A stretch of 64,000 bases of DNA. Source: a virus. Where the stretch lies: the IMG/VR virus record IMGVR_UViG_3300023202_000205, positions 1-64,000 of that record. One strand, written 5' to 3'. Below are positions 18,290 to 27,081 of this stretch, one piece after another. Under the pieces are notes generated by a model. It did no database searches. It was not told the origin of the DNA and saw nothing but the letters and a program-made list of their open reading frames with translations. The first letter of the stretch is position 1; each line of letters begins with the position of its first letter. Position numbers and translations under genes: made by a program.

Positions 18290-18663
18290 GTCGTCACCTC
18301 GATGTTGTCTTCAATGCTCCCCTCCGAGCTATAAAGCGTAATACTCAGGCTCACCGTACGGGCGTCAGGGAAGCTGAAGTCAGTCAGTTCAGCTCGCGAG
18401 GGAACGATGTCCTGCTGAAGTCCACGCATGGTCAGAATGATCTCGGAAGCCGTAATGGCAAAGATAGAGACCATATCGGAGTTGGTTCGAATACGGCCCT
18501 TTTGAAGCTCTGAGTAGAAGATACTACCCCTACCGCTTGAACGACGACGAGACAGAAACTGAACACGGAAACGATTCCTCATACGCTGGAGGTCGCCCGT
18601 TATGGGGTCCGCCAAGGCATAGATCGAGTTGCTTACAGTAAGGTCTAGATCCTGCTGGGCCAC
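18286..18663 (-). CDS. Baseplate gp25/gpW-like protein
   Basis: About 125 aa immediately upstream of J. Contains RFRVQFLS...GRGSIF. Confidence 0.55.
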   Translation of the reverse strand: MAQQDLDLTVSNSIYALADPITGDLQRMRNRFRVQFLSRRRSSGRGSIFYSELQKGRIRTNSDMVSIFAITASEIILTMRGLQQDIVPSRAELTDFSFPDARTVSLSITLYSSEGSIEDNIEVTT

Positions 18664-18694
18664 GCCGCTATTCTCGCTTCCTGTCTATTCTTTG

Positions 18695-19351
18695 CTAGTC
18701 CGTAACCGTACGGCCAATGGGCTCATTCAGCATGAGCTGCTCCATCTCGGCCTGGCTCTGTGGCTCGTTTTTAAGGCACTCGCACCAGGAAGCCATATAG
18801 TGGCAGAGACGCTGCTTCTTGTGTAGCAGCATTTTCCGGTAGGACTCCATAACGTTAGCCTGCCGCATCAGCTGGATCTGGGCGAAGGCATTGTTGTCCT
18901 CATCATCGGCGTTGACCGTCGCTTCCCGGATACGCTCATAAAGCCCGTCTGAGTTGGGCCACCCATTCTCGTCACGGAAACACTCGATTGGCTCAACTGA
19001 GTCCAAGCGGCGTAGTGGGTCACAGGCTGCATCAGGTTTATTGCAAGGAGTCCCCTCCCTGGGTGGTACCTTGCACTCCTCTACAGCAGCCGCCGCAGGT
19101 CCCGGCGCCTCCTTATCCGGGTCTGGTGGGCCAAAGAAGAAGTCGATAACCTGGTCGATCAGGCCCTGTTCCTCCTCAGCTGCCGCTTCTGCGGCGGCCT
19201 CGGGGTTATCTTCTGGGCAGTCATCTACCTGCTGGTCCTCGTCCTCCTGCTTCTCGTCGTCGGTACGCTCGCCACGGAGCGCCGCCGCCAACTCGTTCCG
19301 GAAGGCGTTTCTCTTGGCCAGGAAAGCGATGGTGTCTTCATGAAGCGGCAT
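18695..19351 (-). CDS. Acidic, Cys-containing hypothetical protein
   Basis: 218-aa ORF overlapping the sigma-factor stop. Confidence 0.55.
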   Translation of the reverse strand: MPLHEDTIAFLAKRNAFRNELAAALRGERTDDEKQEDEDQQVDDCPEDNPEAAAEAAAEEEQGLIDQVIDFFFGPPDPDKEAPGPAAAAVEECKVPPREGTPCNKPDAACDPLRRLDSVEPIECFRDENGWPNSDGLYERIREATVNADDEDNNAFAQIQLMRQANVMESYRKMLLHKKQRLCHYMASWCECLKNEPQSQAEMEQLMLNEPIGRTVTD

Positions 19352-20117
19352 GGAATTCGTCCAATCGTTTCTGGATACGCGACACCCGTTGGCTCACAGC
19401 TGCGGGGCTGACATCCAACTTCTGCGCGATCTCTTGGTTGGAGAGCACGTCTGCATTACGATAACCGGTACGGTGCATCATGATCAAGCGGTCTATTTCT
19501 CCGAGATCGTCGTAAACGGCGTCCACCCAATCATCGTACTCGGTACGCTCACTACCGACGATATCCGCTGCCTCGTCATCCTCGTCGAAAGACTCCTCAT
19601 AAGCTGAAATCGGGATACGCGCCCGCATGCGATTGCGGACTTTAGTAATCCTCTTAGGAGGGATTCCTGTGACTTCAGCGATCTCCTCGTCCGTCGGCTC
19701 CCGCCCCATCTCATCAAAAAACGACTCGTTGGCTTGGGTAATCTCCTGCTGCTGCCTACGAAAACGCTCAGGAGGGGCAAGCGGGTCTGTTACCTGTGGA
19801 GCCATACGCTGAAGCGCCCGGAGCTGGTTGTAGACGTGCGTATTTAGCCCAGCTCCTCTCTCCGGATCGTACGTACGGACGGCATCCGCAGCTAGGAGTT
19901 TGGCCCGTTGGTGAATCGTAGGAGAGGCTTTAGGACCGGCGTAGCTGCTCACCGCAGAGCCTATAACGGGATCCAGCTTCCTGATCACCTCACGCAGCTG
20001 TTCGGGTGTCTGCTGGGCATTCCACTGCTCATAGAGACGGTCCCAATCCTCCCGCTTCTTGGATTTCTTGCCCCAAGTCTCGTCGAATGCTTGCTGAAGA
20101 GGTATTTGTTCTGCCAT
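19338..20117 (-). CDS. RNA polymerase sigma-70 family factor (FliA/WhiG-like)
   Basis: Region 2 YDPERGAGLNTHV, region 3 GREPTDEEIAEVTG, region 4 HTH LSNQEIAQKLDVSPAAVSQRVSRI. ATG 20117 follows the upstream stop at 20119. Confidence 0.9.
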   Translation of the reverse strand: MAEQIPLQQAFDETWGKKSKKREDWDRLYEQWNAQQTPEQLREVIRKLDPVIGSAVSSYAGPKASPTIHQRAKLLAADAVRTYDPERGAGLNTHVYNQLRALQRMAPQVTDPLAPPERFRRQQQEITQANESFFDEMGREPTDEEIAEVTGIPPKRITKVRNRMRARIPISAYEESFDEDDEAADIVGSERTEYDDWVDAVYDDLGEIDRLIMMHRTGYRNADVLSNQEIAQKLDVSPAAVSQRVSRIQKRLDEFHAAS

Positions 20118-20118
20118 C

Positions 20119-21693
20119 TTAGAACCCAACCGTAATTTCCGGGATGAAAGGATCCTGATCCAATCGACCTCCGGTATAATTCGAGGCAAAGAAAGGATGT
20201 GGAGGGGTCAAGGCGTCTATGATCTGAGACTGCTGATTTAACGACCGTACATGACTGATGTCAAACGTCGTTGACGCGTGTCCACGAGCAGCATCAATAG
20301 CCAGGGTTACTGCTTGGATTGTGCCATATACCCCGAACTGACTGGTATCGGAACCAGACGTTATTTCCGGGATATCTGGAAACCGCACTACGGTAGCGCG
20401 GAGCAATCCAAGGTCTGTCCTCAACGCCGGGCTGGTTACGCGACACCGCCTCTTCTGGAAGTTGAGGTCCAGTGCCTGGAGTAGCGCATAGGTATCCCCA
20501 AAGGCAGCCCTCGCTACTGCTGGTCCACCCGTCGCCCGGGCCTCATCAGAAAGCCCCTCCTCCATAGCAGCCGTGGCGGAAGCCATAAACCCTGGCGCTG
20601 GCCCCACGTGGACCCGCCCCAGCTCAAACCCAGGAACTTTCCCCAGACCAATGACAAGGTCCTCGCCGCTTCCCGGGATAGCCGGTTCCTGCCCGTTACT
20701 CAGTACAAGCACAGAGCCTGCGTAGCTGTTATAGCCCTCTAATACCCACTGGAAGCTGTCCCAACTGTTCGGCCGCAGCTCAGCGATACGACCTTGGCTG
20801 ATGTTACGAGCCCAGAACGGGTGGTGAGGTACTACAGCGATCCCTTCGCCGTGTTCAATAATGGAGAACTTCAACTGCTCACCCAACTGGAGAATCGCTT
20901 GTAGAAACGAGCCGTAAAACCAGTTGGACCTAAGCTGCTCGTTTAAGTGATAGATGATGCCGGGGACCGACGGAATTACCGGGCCTCGCCAGGGCATCTG
21001 ACCTTGGATGTCAGGGAAGGTCTGTAGCGCTGCCCCATTGACGTCTATGCCGAAGTTATCCCATACCTCCGCTGTAATGCTACTACTAGAGATATCTGCT
21101 TGAGTGGGGGCTGTGGCGGCCACTCGCTGAAGCGCACCCTGCAGGGAGGGCCAAAAGCCGTTACTTCCAAGGGCTTCACGTATATTGATGAACCCAGGGT
21201 CTTCCCGCCCCTGCCCAAAAGGATAGGAGACGAGGGTATCCATGTAAGAGTTGGGAATGATGCTGCTCGTCTGGATAGTCCCCGACGCGAGAGCGGCAAG
21301 ACGACCAAAACAGCGCACTTGGACAGCGAAGGCGCCTGATCGTATCGTCGTAGGACCCCAATCATCTACGAAACCTTGGAACAGCTTGAAGGGTTTGTTG
21401 TCTCGTATGAGAACACCAAAGTTTTCTTCCCCAGCTATAGGGATACCGGCGTTACCCGTCGTACTCGACACCTCTTCCCCAAAGGTAGACTGAAAAACGA
21501 TCTCCATTTCAGCACCCTGGTCGATATCCAGATTCACCAGATCGTTCGTCTCGCTACGGCCTACTGCGAGCGTACAGAGCGCCACATTGACACCATTGGC
21601 TTGGTACGTGATCTGAAGCCCCTGAAGCTCGTAAAGGCCTCCTCCAGCAACACGCAGCGTGATATGGGCGGGTACGACGACGGAGTCAGTCAT
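20119..21693 (-). CDS. Baseplate hub-like protein (gp27/gp44 position)
   Basis: LFQGFVDDWG...VQVRCFGRLAAL pattern and synteny. Confidence 0.55.
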   Translation of the reverse strand: MTDSVVVPAHITLRVAGGGLYELQGLQITYQANGVNVALCTLAVGRSETNDLVNLDIDQGAEMEIVFQSTFGEEVSSTTGNAGIPIAGEENFGVLIRDNKPFKLFQGFVDDWGPTTIRSGAFAVQVRCFGRLAALASGTIQTSSIIPNSYMDTLVSYPFGQGREDPGFINIREALGSNGFWPSLQGALQRVAATAPTQADISSSSITAEVWDNFGIDVNGAALQTFPDIQGQMPWRGPVIPSVPGIIYHLNEQLRSNWFYGSFLQAILQLGEQLKFSIIEHGEGIAVVPHHPFWARNISQGRIAELRPNSWDSFQWVLEGYNSYAGSVLVLSNGQEPAIPGSGEDLVIGLGKVPGFELGRVHVGPAPGFMASATAAMEEGLSDEARATGGPAVARAAFGDTYALLQALDLNFQKRRCRVTSPALRTDLGLLRATVVRFPDIPEITSGSDTSQFGVYGTIQAVTLAIDAARGHASTTFDISHVRSLNQQSQIIDALTPPHPFFASNYTGGRLDQDPFIPEITVGF

Positions 21694-22144
21694 CCCGCCT
21701 CCCGTAAAAGACGATGATTGCCGCTAACTGATCGAGTGGAGACAGGGAGCTCCGATATACCTCCAAGAGCTCCCCATCGAGGAAGTTGAGAGCCTCTATG
21801 TGATCCAGGTGGCTGAGGACCGTACTCACGTGTTGCTCAAAACCGGTCTGAGCCTCAAATTGCCCAACCAGCTGTTCGCGAGTGTATGTGACTCTCGTAT
21901 CGTCCACAGTAATTGTGTTCGCGAGAACACTTTCTTCGACCACCCAGAGAAGTTGGATAGCGTAGAGGAATCTGAGTAGCGTATCAACTTCTCCGCCGAA
22001 AAGGACCTCCTCCCCCACTGCGGCGTCTCCCGTGTAAGTCTTTACGTATACAGGGTCTGGCCAAAACACGTCACCTACGGCCGACGAAGGGTTCGTTGGC
22101 TGTGTACCACTATTTTGAAGCGTTACGAGGAAGGAGTTGATCAT
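21686..22144 (-). CDS. Hypothetical baseplate-region protein
   Basis: TGATG overlap with the upstream gene. Confidence 0.55.
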   Translation of the reverse strand: MINSFLVTLQNSGTQPTNPSSAVGDVFWPDPVYVKTYTGDAAVGEEVLFGGEVDTLLRFLYAIQLLWVVEESVLANTITVDDTRVTYTREQLVGQFEAQTGFEQHVSTVLSHLDHIEALNFLDGELLEVYRSSLSPLDQLAAIIVFYGRRDD

Positions 22145-22620
22145 CAGGAAGGCCACGCAGTGAAGACCAGCGTCCCCTGAATGACGGGAATGTCTGAGGT
22201 GTTACCACTGATCAGAAGATTGGTGAGAAAGGCCCTAAAGGAGCCTGGGCCTATGCTAACGACTGCTGGGAACTTGTTGACCCCCGGTTGTAGCCGCCTG
22301 TCGAAGTAGTGCTGGATAACGTCAAAGCCTGACTGCTGAGTCCCCCGGCACCGGCGGTTAGCGACGAAAGTGATTCTGATCTGCCCAGGAGCATCGCCAA
22401 AAGGAGTTACAAAGATGGCGTCACTGAGCGCGTTCTGGAACTGCGCCTGAACTCGCTGATCTGCCTGTACCCCAATAGCTACCCCGAGCTTGACTAGATC
22501 GACCGGCTCAAGCTCATTGTCCCGATTGTTGTACCCCAGTGAAAGCGACAGCGCTGCCGCCTGCTGAACGTTTCCAATACGGATCAGCCGACCTCCTCCC
22601 CCAGCACATACCGTTGCCAT
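22144..22620 (-). CDS. Tube-initiator/tube-like baseplate protein
   Basis: QFQNALSDAIFVTPFGDAPGQIRITF tube-fold-like pattern and synteny. Confidence 0.5.
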   Translation of the reverse strand: MATVCAGGGGRLIRIGNVQQAAALSLSLGYNNRDNELEPVDLVKLGVAIGVQADQRVQAQFQNALSDAIFVTPFGDAPGQIRITFVANRRCRGTQQSGFDVIQHYFDRRLQPGVNKFPAVVSIGPGSFRAFLTNLLISGNTSDIPVIQGTLVFTAWPS

Positions 22621-23141
22621 CAGCCGACTCCTGATCCCTGGCGCAGAAAGTCCCGGGCAGTGCTAATACCCCCGAACTCACTGCGCAGCTCATTTTGAAC
22701 TAGCTGGTCAACGATTTGCGCACGATCCTCTTCATCACGTCGCTTGTCGGGCCGGTCCATCTGCTCCTCTATCTTCCGCTGTAGCGACTCTGTAAACAAG
22801 GGATCTCCCTCCAGGGCTTCTCGAAGCGACTCGGTCCCAATAGGCTGCGCACCTGTGCCTATTTGCCGGCCTTCCGCTCCCTGAGTGCTGCGGAGAGAAG
22901 CCCCCTCTATAAGGGGCTCTTCTTCTCGCTCCATAAGACGCGCAAGAAAAGGGCTCCGTGTATCAGCATCGTCGACAACCTGTTCCCGCCTCTCTGAAGC
23001 ACGCTCCTGGGCGTCTAAGGCCATTCGCTGTACAGCACCACTCAGGTCCTCGTCGTCACCTGCTGAGGTGGGGGAAGACAGTGCCTCCAGAGGATCTTCG
23101 TCCCCCTCGTCATCGCTTAGAAATGGGTTCAATCTGGCCAA
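22620..23141 (-). CDS. Hypothetical protein
   Basis: 173-aa acidic ORF coupled to its neighbours. Confidence 0.55.
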   Translation of the reverse strand: MARLNPFLSDDEGDEDPLEALSSPTSAGDDEDLSGAVQRMALDAQERASERREQVVDDADTRSPFLARLMEREEEPLIEGASLRSTQGAEGRQIGTGAQPIGTESLREALEGDPLFTESLQRKIEEQMDRPDKRRDEEDRAQIVDQLVQNELRSEFGGISTARDFLRQGSGVG

Positions 23142-23508
23142 AATCGACTCCCAGCTGTTTTAGCCGCTCCGGTTGGTACATGATATACCAGCTCGCTACA
23201 AGGTCGAGGTCATCACCCTGCCGCTCCTTCAAGACGTCTCGCAGCCAAGGTTTCACGGTGGCCTCAAATCGTCGCTGTGCTTGTTGAGCCTTCACCCGAG
23301 ACTCTTCCTGATCAATGCCCGGAAGAGTCATCTCGCTAAAGATCCGAAGAGCCTCCATTTGGCGCGTGTGCGCGTCCATAGCTCGTTTAGCCGCTAGTAG
23401 CCGCATACGAGCCCCTGACCACCATCGGTGGCTTCCATCACATCCCTCAAAAGAGAGAAACCCCCGTGTCTCCGCGTATAAGGCTACGGCGACGACGGGG
23501 TCGGCCAA
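23110..23508 (-). CDS. Tail assembly chaperone, second ORF (likely a -1 frameshift extension)
   Basis: Starts at a TTG inside GGATTTTTGG, in the -1 frame relative to the upstream chaperone. Confidence 0.5.
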   Translation of the reverse strand: MADPVVAVALYAETRGFLSFEGCDGSHRWWSGARMRLLAAKRAMDAHTRQMEALRIFSEMTLPGIDQEESRVKAQQAQRRFEATVKPWLRDVLKERQGDDLDLVASWYIMYQPERLKQLGVDFGQIEPISKR

Positions 23509-24149
23509 AAATCCGGGTCGTCAGCCTTCCTTAGTAAGGTATCCACAATGGTTTGGAACCTGACGTAGAAGTCATCCAAGATACGGTATTGTGTGCCTGA
23601 AAGGCTTTTGAACCAGGCCCCGTAATCACGAAGGAACTGGTCGCTTGTACACTCTAGACGATGAGCAACTGACTCTCCATCAATTCGTAACTCGTCCAGA
23701 GAGGCTGCCAGGGCATAGCGGTGATAATAGACCTTCCTCCGTTTACGTGGGATTTGGCCTTCAGCCTCTTGGCCTGTAATCAGCTCCCCAAGAGCCGCCT
23801 CTTCTGTGGGAGAGAGCGTCCGGAAAACCATGGATATACGGCCCCTGAACGCCTCGTAAGCTTCCCGGTACTCGGTACCCCCTAAAACATGTGCAACAAA
23901 GTCCAGCTTTTGCTGGGTGGTCAGGTCCTCTATTGGGTCAGAAACCTCTCTATGAGCCTCCTCAGGCTGATTGCTCAGCGAGGCCTGTAGTCCGCCGCCT
24001 TTAGAGGCCTCGTCTAAGAGGACCTGAGCCCTCTCAAGCACCTCAGGCTCGGGGTCCGGCATGGAACTAGCGTCTCTCTCAGGCGCTGCTGTCACTGGCT
24101 GGGAAAGAGCCTCAAGCTCCTCCTCGGTAGGCATTGCTGGGTCTGCCAT
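23484..24149 (-). CDS. Tail assembly chaperone
   Basis: MVFRTLSPTEE...YALAASLDEL...LRKADDPDFW pattern, located downstream of the sheath and tube. Confidence 0.55.
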   Translation of the reverse strand: MADPAMPTEEELEALSQPVTAAPERDASSMPDPEPEVLERAQVLLDEASKGGGLQASLSNQPEEAHREVSDPIEDLTTQQKLDFVAHVLGGTEYREAYEAFRGRISMVFRTLSPTEEAALGELITGQEAEGQIPRKRRKVYYHRYALAASLDELRIDGESVAHRLECTSDQFLRDYGAWFKSLSGTQYRILDDFYVRFQTIVDTLLRKADDPDFWPTPSSP

Positions 24150-24150
24150 G

Positions 24151-26637
24151 TCAGATTCCCTTCAGTAGGCCGCCGTCTGCAGGGGCGTTACCAACGCTCA
24201 GGTCGACATCGGCTTCCTCACCAAACTCAGTTGCCGTATAGCCGCCTGTAGCCATCGCACTACCCGACCAGACTTCTCTGCCTGGGAAGGGGGCCGTACC
24301 GTCCACAGTAGTATCTTGCATACTCGCCTGCAAGACACTACTTTTCGGATCAAGGGCCGCCTTCGCCCGTATCTGCCACTCTGGTTCTGGAATCTGGAAG
24401 AAGTTTGAACTCTCGATGGTGTATTGTTCAGAGCGCAGCCACCTCGCCGCAAAGCCGTCCCCAAGCGCCAGAGGGTTCGTAGCAAAGTCATTCATCGCTT
24501 GGTTGAACGCTATGCCGACCTCCTGCGGTTGCGTCATACGATACGTAGCAGCGCCTGCTCCTCCAGGCACACTTTGAAAGTGCCGCTTATTGTAGAACAG
24601 GCTTTCCCTCACCCATAGGTTACCGCCAATCACTGATGTCTCACCACCTAGCGACATTTCCCCCTTTTGAAAGCTGCCCTCAAAGGTAGCACCGAGGGAG
24701 TAGTAGGCGTCCCCAAAGCTAGCACGGGCTTCGATGCTCTGGTTGGCGTCGAGGTAGATATGACCGGCCCCACCGGAGCGCCCTGTCCACCCAGAAACTC
24801 CTGGTGTAGCTTGGAGCATGAGGTTCGAGGATTTCAAACCAACCATGTGCTTGGCCTTGATGATCACGGAGCCAGCGGAAGCTGGGTTTTCCCCAGTTGC
24901 TACGGAGCCCATGTACTGGCCCTTGGACTCGATCAGAACCCCGTGATGACCGTCGATACCACCCACAATGGTCGCCTGCCCAGCAGCCATCGCTGTCAGA
25001 CGCCCTTCGTTGGCATACAGGTCCAGATGGCGCCCAGCGCGTACGCCGGTATCCCGGCCGGCTACGTCCAACAAGTTACGGCCCGCCACTCGAACTATGT
25101 CATGGTTAGCTGAGAGATAAATGTTGCCACCAGCCATCATGAATTGACTGCCCTGAGCGTCCTGCATCACGATCGACCCATCCTCGGTAATCGTGATCAA
25201 TGCCCTCCCCCAGTAGAACCGCTTGGCCTCTCCTGTCGGATTCAGCCCCAACTTGAACGTCTGAGGCATGTTCTTCCACATAGTCGGGTCGCCGTTAAAG
25301 AGCAACGACTCCGGGCTCTCTTCCTGGGCGCCACTCCCAAAGATGGTCTCCGGCTTCTCAGCCAACGCCCACCGGCGCAGATTGGTCATTCCCTTGGTAA
25401 CGTTGGAGATAATGCGGTCAGCCAACCCACGGGCGTTCATCGCATAGGCAAGTGGGTTGGCATTCTCGTAACTGTCAAAGAGTGGCCCATCAACCTCGTT
25501 CTCACACCGCTCTTCTTCACAGAGGCCTTCGGCTGGTTTTGGGTCGGGAGTTAGTTCACAAGAACCACAGCACTCCTCATCCTCATCCTCATCCTCATCC
25601 TCATCCTCATCCTCATCCTCATCTGCAGTTTTGACCGCATTTGCCGCTTCGAGAACATCCACGGGAATGGGTATCTCGAACGTCTTCTGAAGCGTCAGGC
25701 TACTCGCTGCGGAAAGCACGTAGTTGCCATCCGCTCCCTTATGTTCATGAACTAAGGCTACGCGGCTCTGTCCTTGAGCATCCAGTTCAGGGTCGTTACA
25801 GGGGTCGTCGTCAACCGCTTCATCTGGTATATCGTCCGGATCAGGACGTGAATCAGCCCCGTTGAGCCCATCCGGGTACGTGAGGAACTCGCCATCCCCG
25901 TTATAGGCAACCCCGATTACATCGATGTTCTGTGCTTGCCACCCGTTTACCTGATCGCTTGGGTAGAAATAAACCTTAGTGACTTCACCAGTTGTACCGT
26001 CCAGTAACTCGGAAGAGGAAGCTTTGCCCAGCGTCAACACGTCTAACTTGGCCGCAACGATCTTCATATGCTGGTCTTCGGTGTAGGCGTACACACCGCA
26101 CATAGGCCCGGCCTGCATGAAGACACGGAACATCTCCACGCCCAGCGCACCGCCGAACATATTGTGCATGACCCATTCGCCATCCACCGTATCGAGTAGC
26201 CCACTATTAAAATTACGTAGGCGACCGAAATTACTGTAAGCCTGCCCAGAGAATCTCTCGCCAGGTTTGAAGCCCGCTACTTGCGGATGTACCAACAGGG
26301 GACAGGGGCGTGTGTAATCACCTGCCCTGGCATAGTCAGCATGACCAACGATTACCGCATTCTGCGCAGGAGCGGAAGGGGCCACTGCAACGAAAACCTG
26401 CTCACCAGGTAGGTACCCAGAAGCTTCGCTAGCTCCTAAGAGCCCTCTGCCAAATCCACCACCGTAAGCCTGAAACCGACCAAAGTCGGTCGCTACATCA
26501 TAGTATTGAATACCCTGGTACGACCCGAGGATCGTACCACGGACAATATACATCGCCTGTGGGTAGTTGCCGAGACTGGTATACTGGTTCGGCGCTAACC
26601 CAGATTCCTGTGGAATGCCTACGTAGGGTACCGGCAT
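24151..26637 (-). CDS. Baseplate central spike (gp5/VgrG-like)
   Basis: N-terminal OB-like region (YLPGEQVFVAV...AVIVGH) and C-terminal beta-helix-like repeats (SIVMQDAQGSQFMMAGGNIYLSANHDI...). Confidence 0.65.
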   Translation of the reverse strand: MPVPYVGIPQESGLAPNQYTSLGNYPQAMYIVRGTILGSYQGIQYYDVATDFGRFQAYGGGFGRGLLGASEASGYLPGEQVFVAVAPSAPAQNAVIVGHADYARAGDYTRPCPLLVHPQVAGFKPGERFSGQAYSNFGRLRNFNSGLLDTVDGEWVMHNMFGGALGVEMFRVFMQAGPMCGVYAYTEDQHMKIVAAKLDVLTLGKASSSELLDGTTGEVTKVYFYPSDQVNGWQAQNIDVIGVAYNGDGEFLTYPDGLNGADSRPDPDDIPDEAVDDDPCNDPELDAQGQSRVALVHEHKGADGNYVLSAASSLTLQKTFEIPIPVDVLEAANAVKTADEDEDEDEDEDEDEDEECCGSCELTPDPKPAEGLCEEERCENEVDGPLFDSYENANPLAYAMNARGLADRIISNVTKGMTNLRRWALAEKPETIFGSGAQEESPESLLFNGDPTMWKNMPQTFKLGLNPTGEAKRFYWGRALITITEDGSIVMQDAQGSQFMMAGGNIYLSANHDIVRVAGRNLLDVAGRDTGVRAGRHLDLYANEGRLTAMAAGQATIVGGIDGHHGVLIESKGQYMGSVATGENPASAGSVIIKAKHMVGLKSSNLMLQATPGVSGWTGRSGGAGHIYLDANQSIEARASFGDAYYSLGATFEGSFQKGEMSLGGETSVIGGNLWVRESLFYNKRHFQSVPGGAGAATYRMTQPQEVGIAFNQAMNDFATNPLALGDGFAARWLRSEQYTIESSNFFQIPEPEWQIRAKAALDPKSSVLQASMQDTTVDGTAPFPGREVWSGSAMATGGYTATEFGEEADVDLSVGNAPADGGLLKGI
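25575..25622. repeat. (CCTCAT)8 hexanucleotide repeat encoding (DE)8 in the spike gene
   Basis: Eight exact copies were counted. Confidence 0.95.
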
Positions 26638-26643
26638 AGTGGA

Positions 26644-27072
26644 TCATTCGATGTCGTTGAAGAGATAGCTGATTCCGAAGATGATGAGGAAGTTGTTAGC
26701 ATTCCCCTGCCCATTCAGGCCAAACGGTAGCGCATTCTTGAGTGTGTACGTGGCGTCAAAGTCGGTATCCGGGAAACAAAGCGTCTGACCAGCATCCAAG
26801 ATAATGTCTGTCGGCTCACAATCACACGTCAGCTTAGGGGCCCCCTTAGGGCCAACCACTTTAGTGAATGAGACCTGCCCCTCTGAAGGACCTTCGATGT
26901 AGTAGAACGCAGGGCTCGCCAAGTCGTAGACGCGGCTCAACCGGCGTTGGAACTGAAGTTGGAACTGCTGAACCAGTCCTTGGGCGCCGTCTCCAATGCC
27001 TTGGATACGGAAGTTGGTTCCCCGCATGACTCCTTCGACAGTCCGCTCAGTACACGTTACGTTGGCTGCCAT
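26644..27072 (-). CDS. Tail tube protein
   Basis: 142 aa directly after the sheath gene. Contains VQQFQLQFQRRLSRVYDLAS...YYIEG. Confidence 0.75.
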   Translation of the reverse strand: MAANVTCTERTVEGVMRGTNFRIQGIGDGAQGLVQQFQLQFQRRLSRVYDLASPAFYYIEGPSEGQVSFTKVVGPKGAPKLTCDCEPTDIILDAGQTLCFPDTDFDATYTLKNALPFGLNGQGNANNFLIIFGISYLFNDIE

Positions 27073-27081
27073 ACCCTACTC

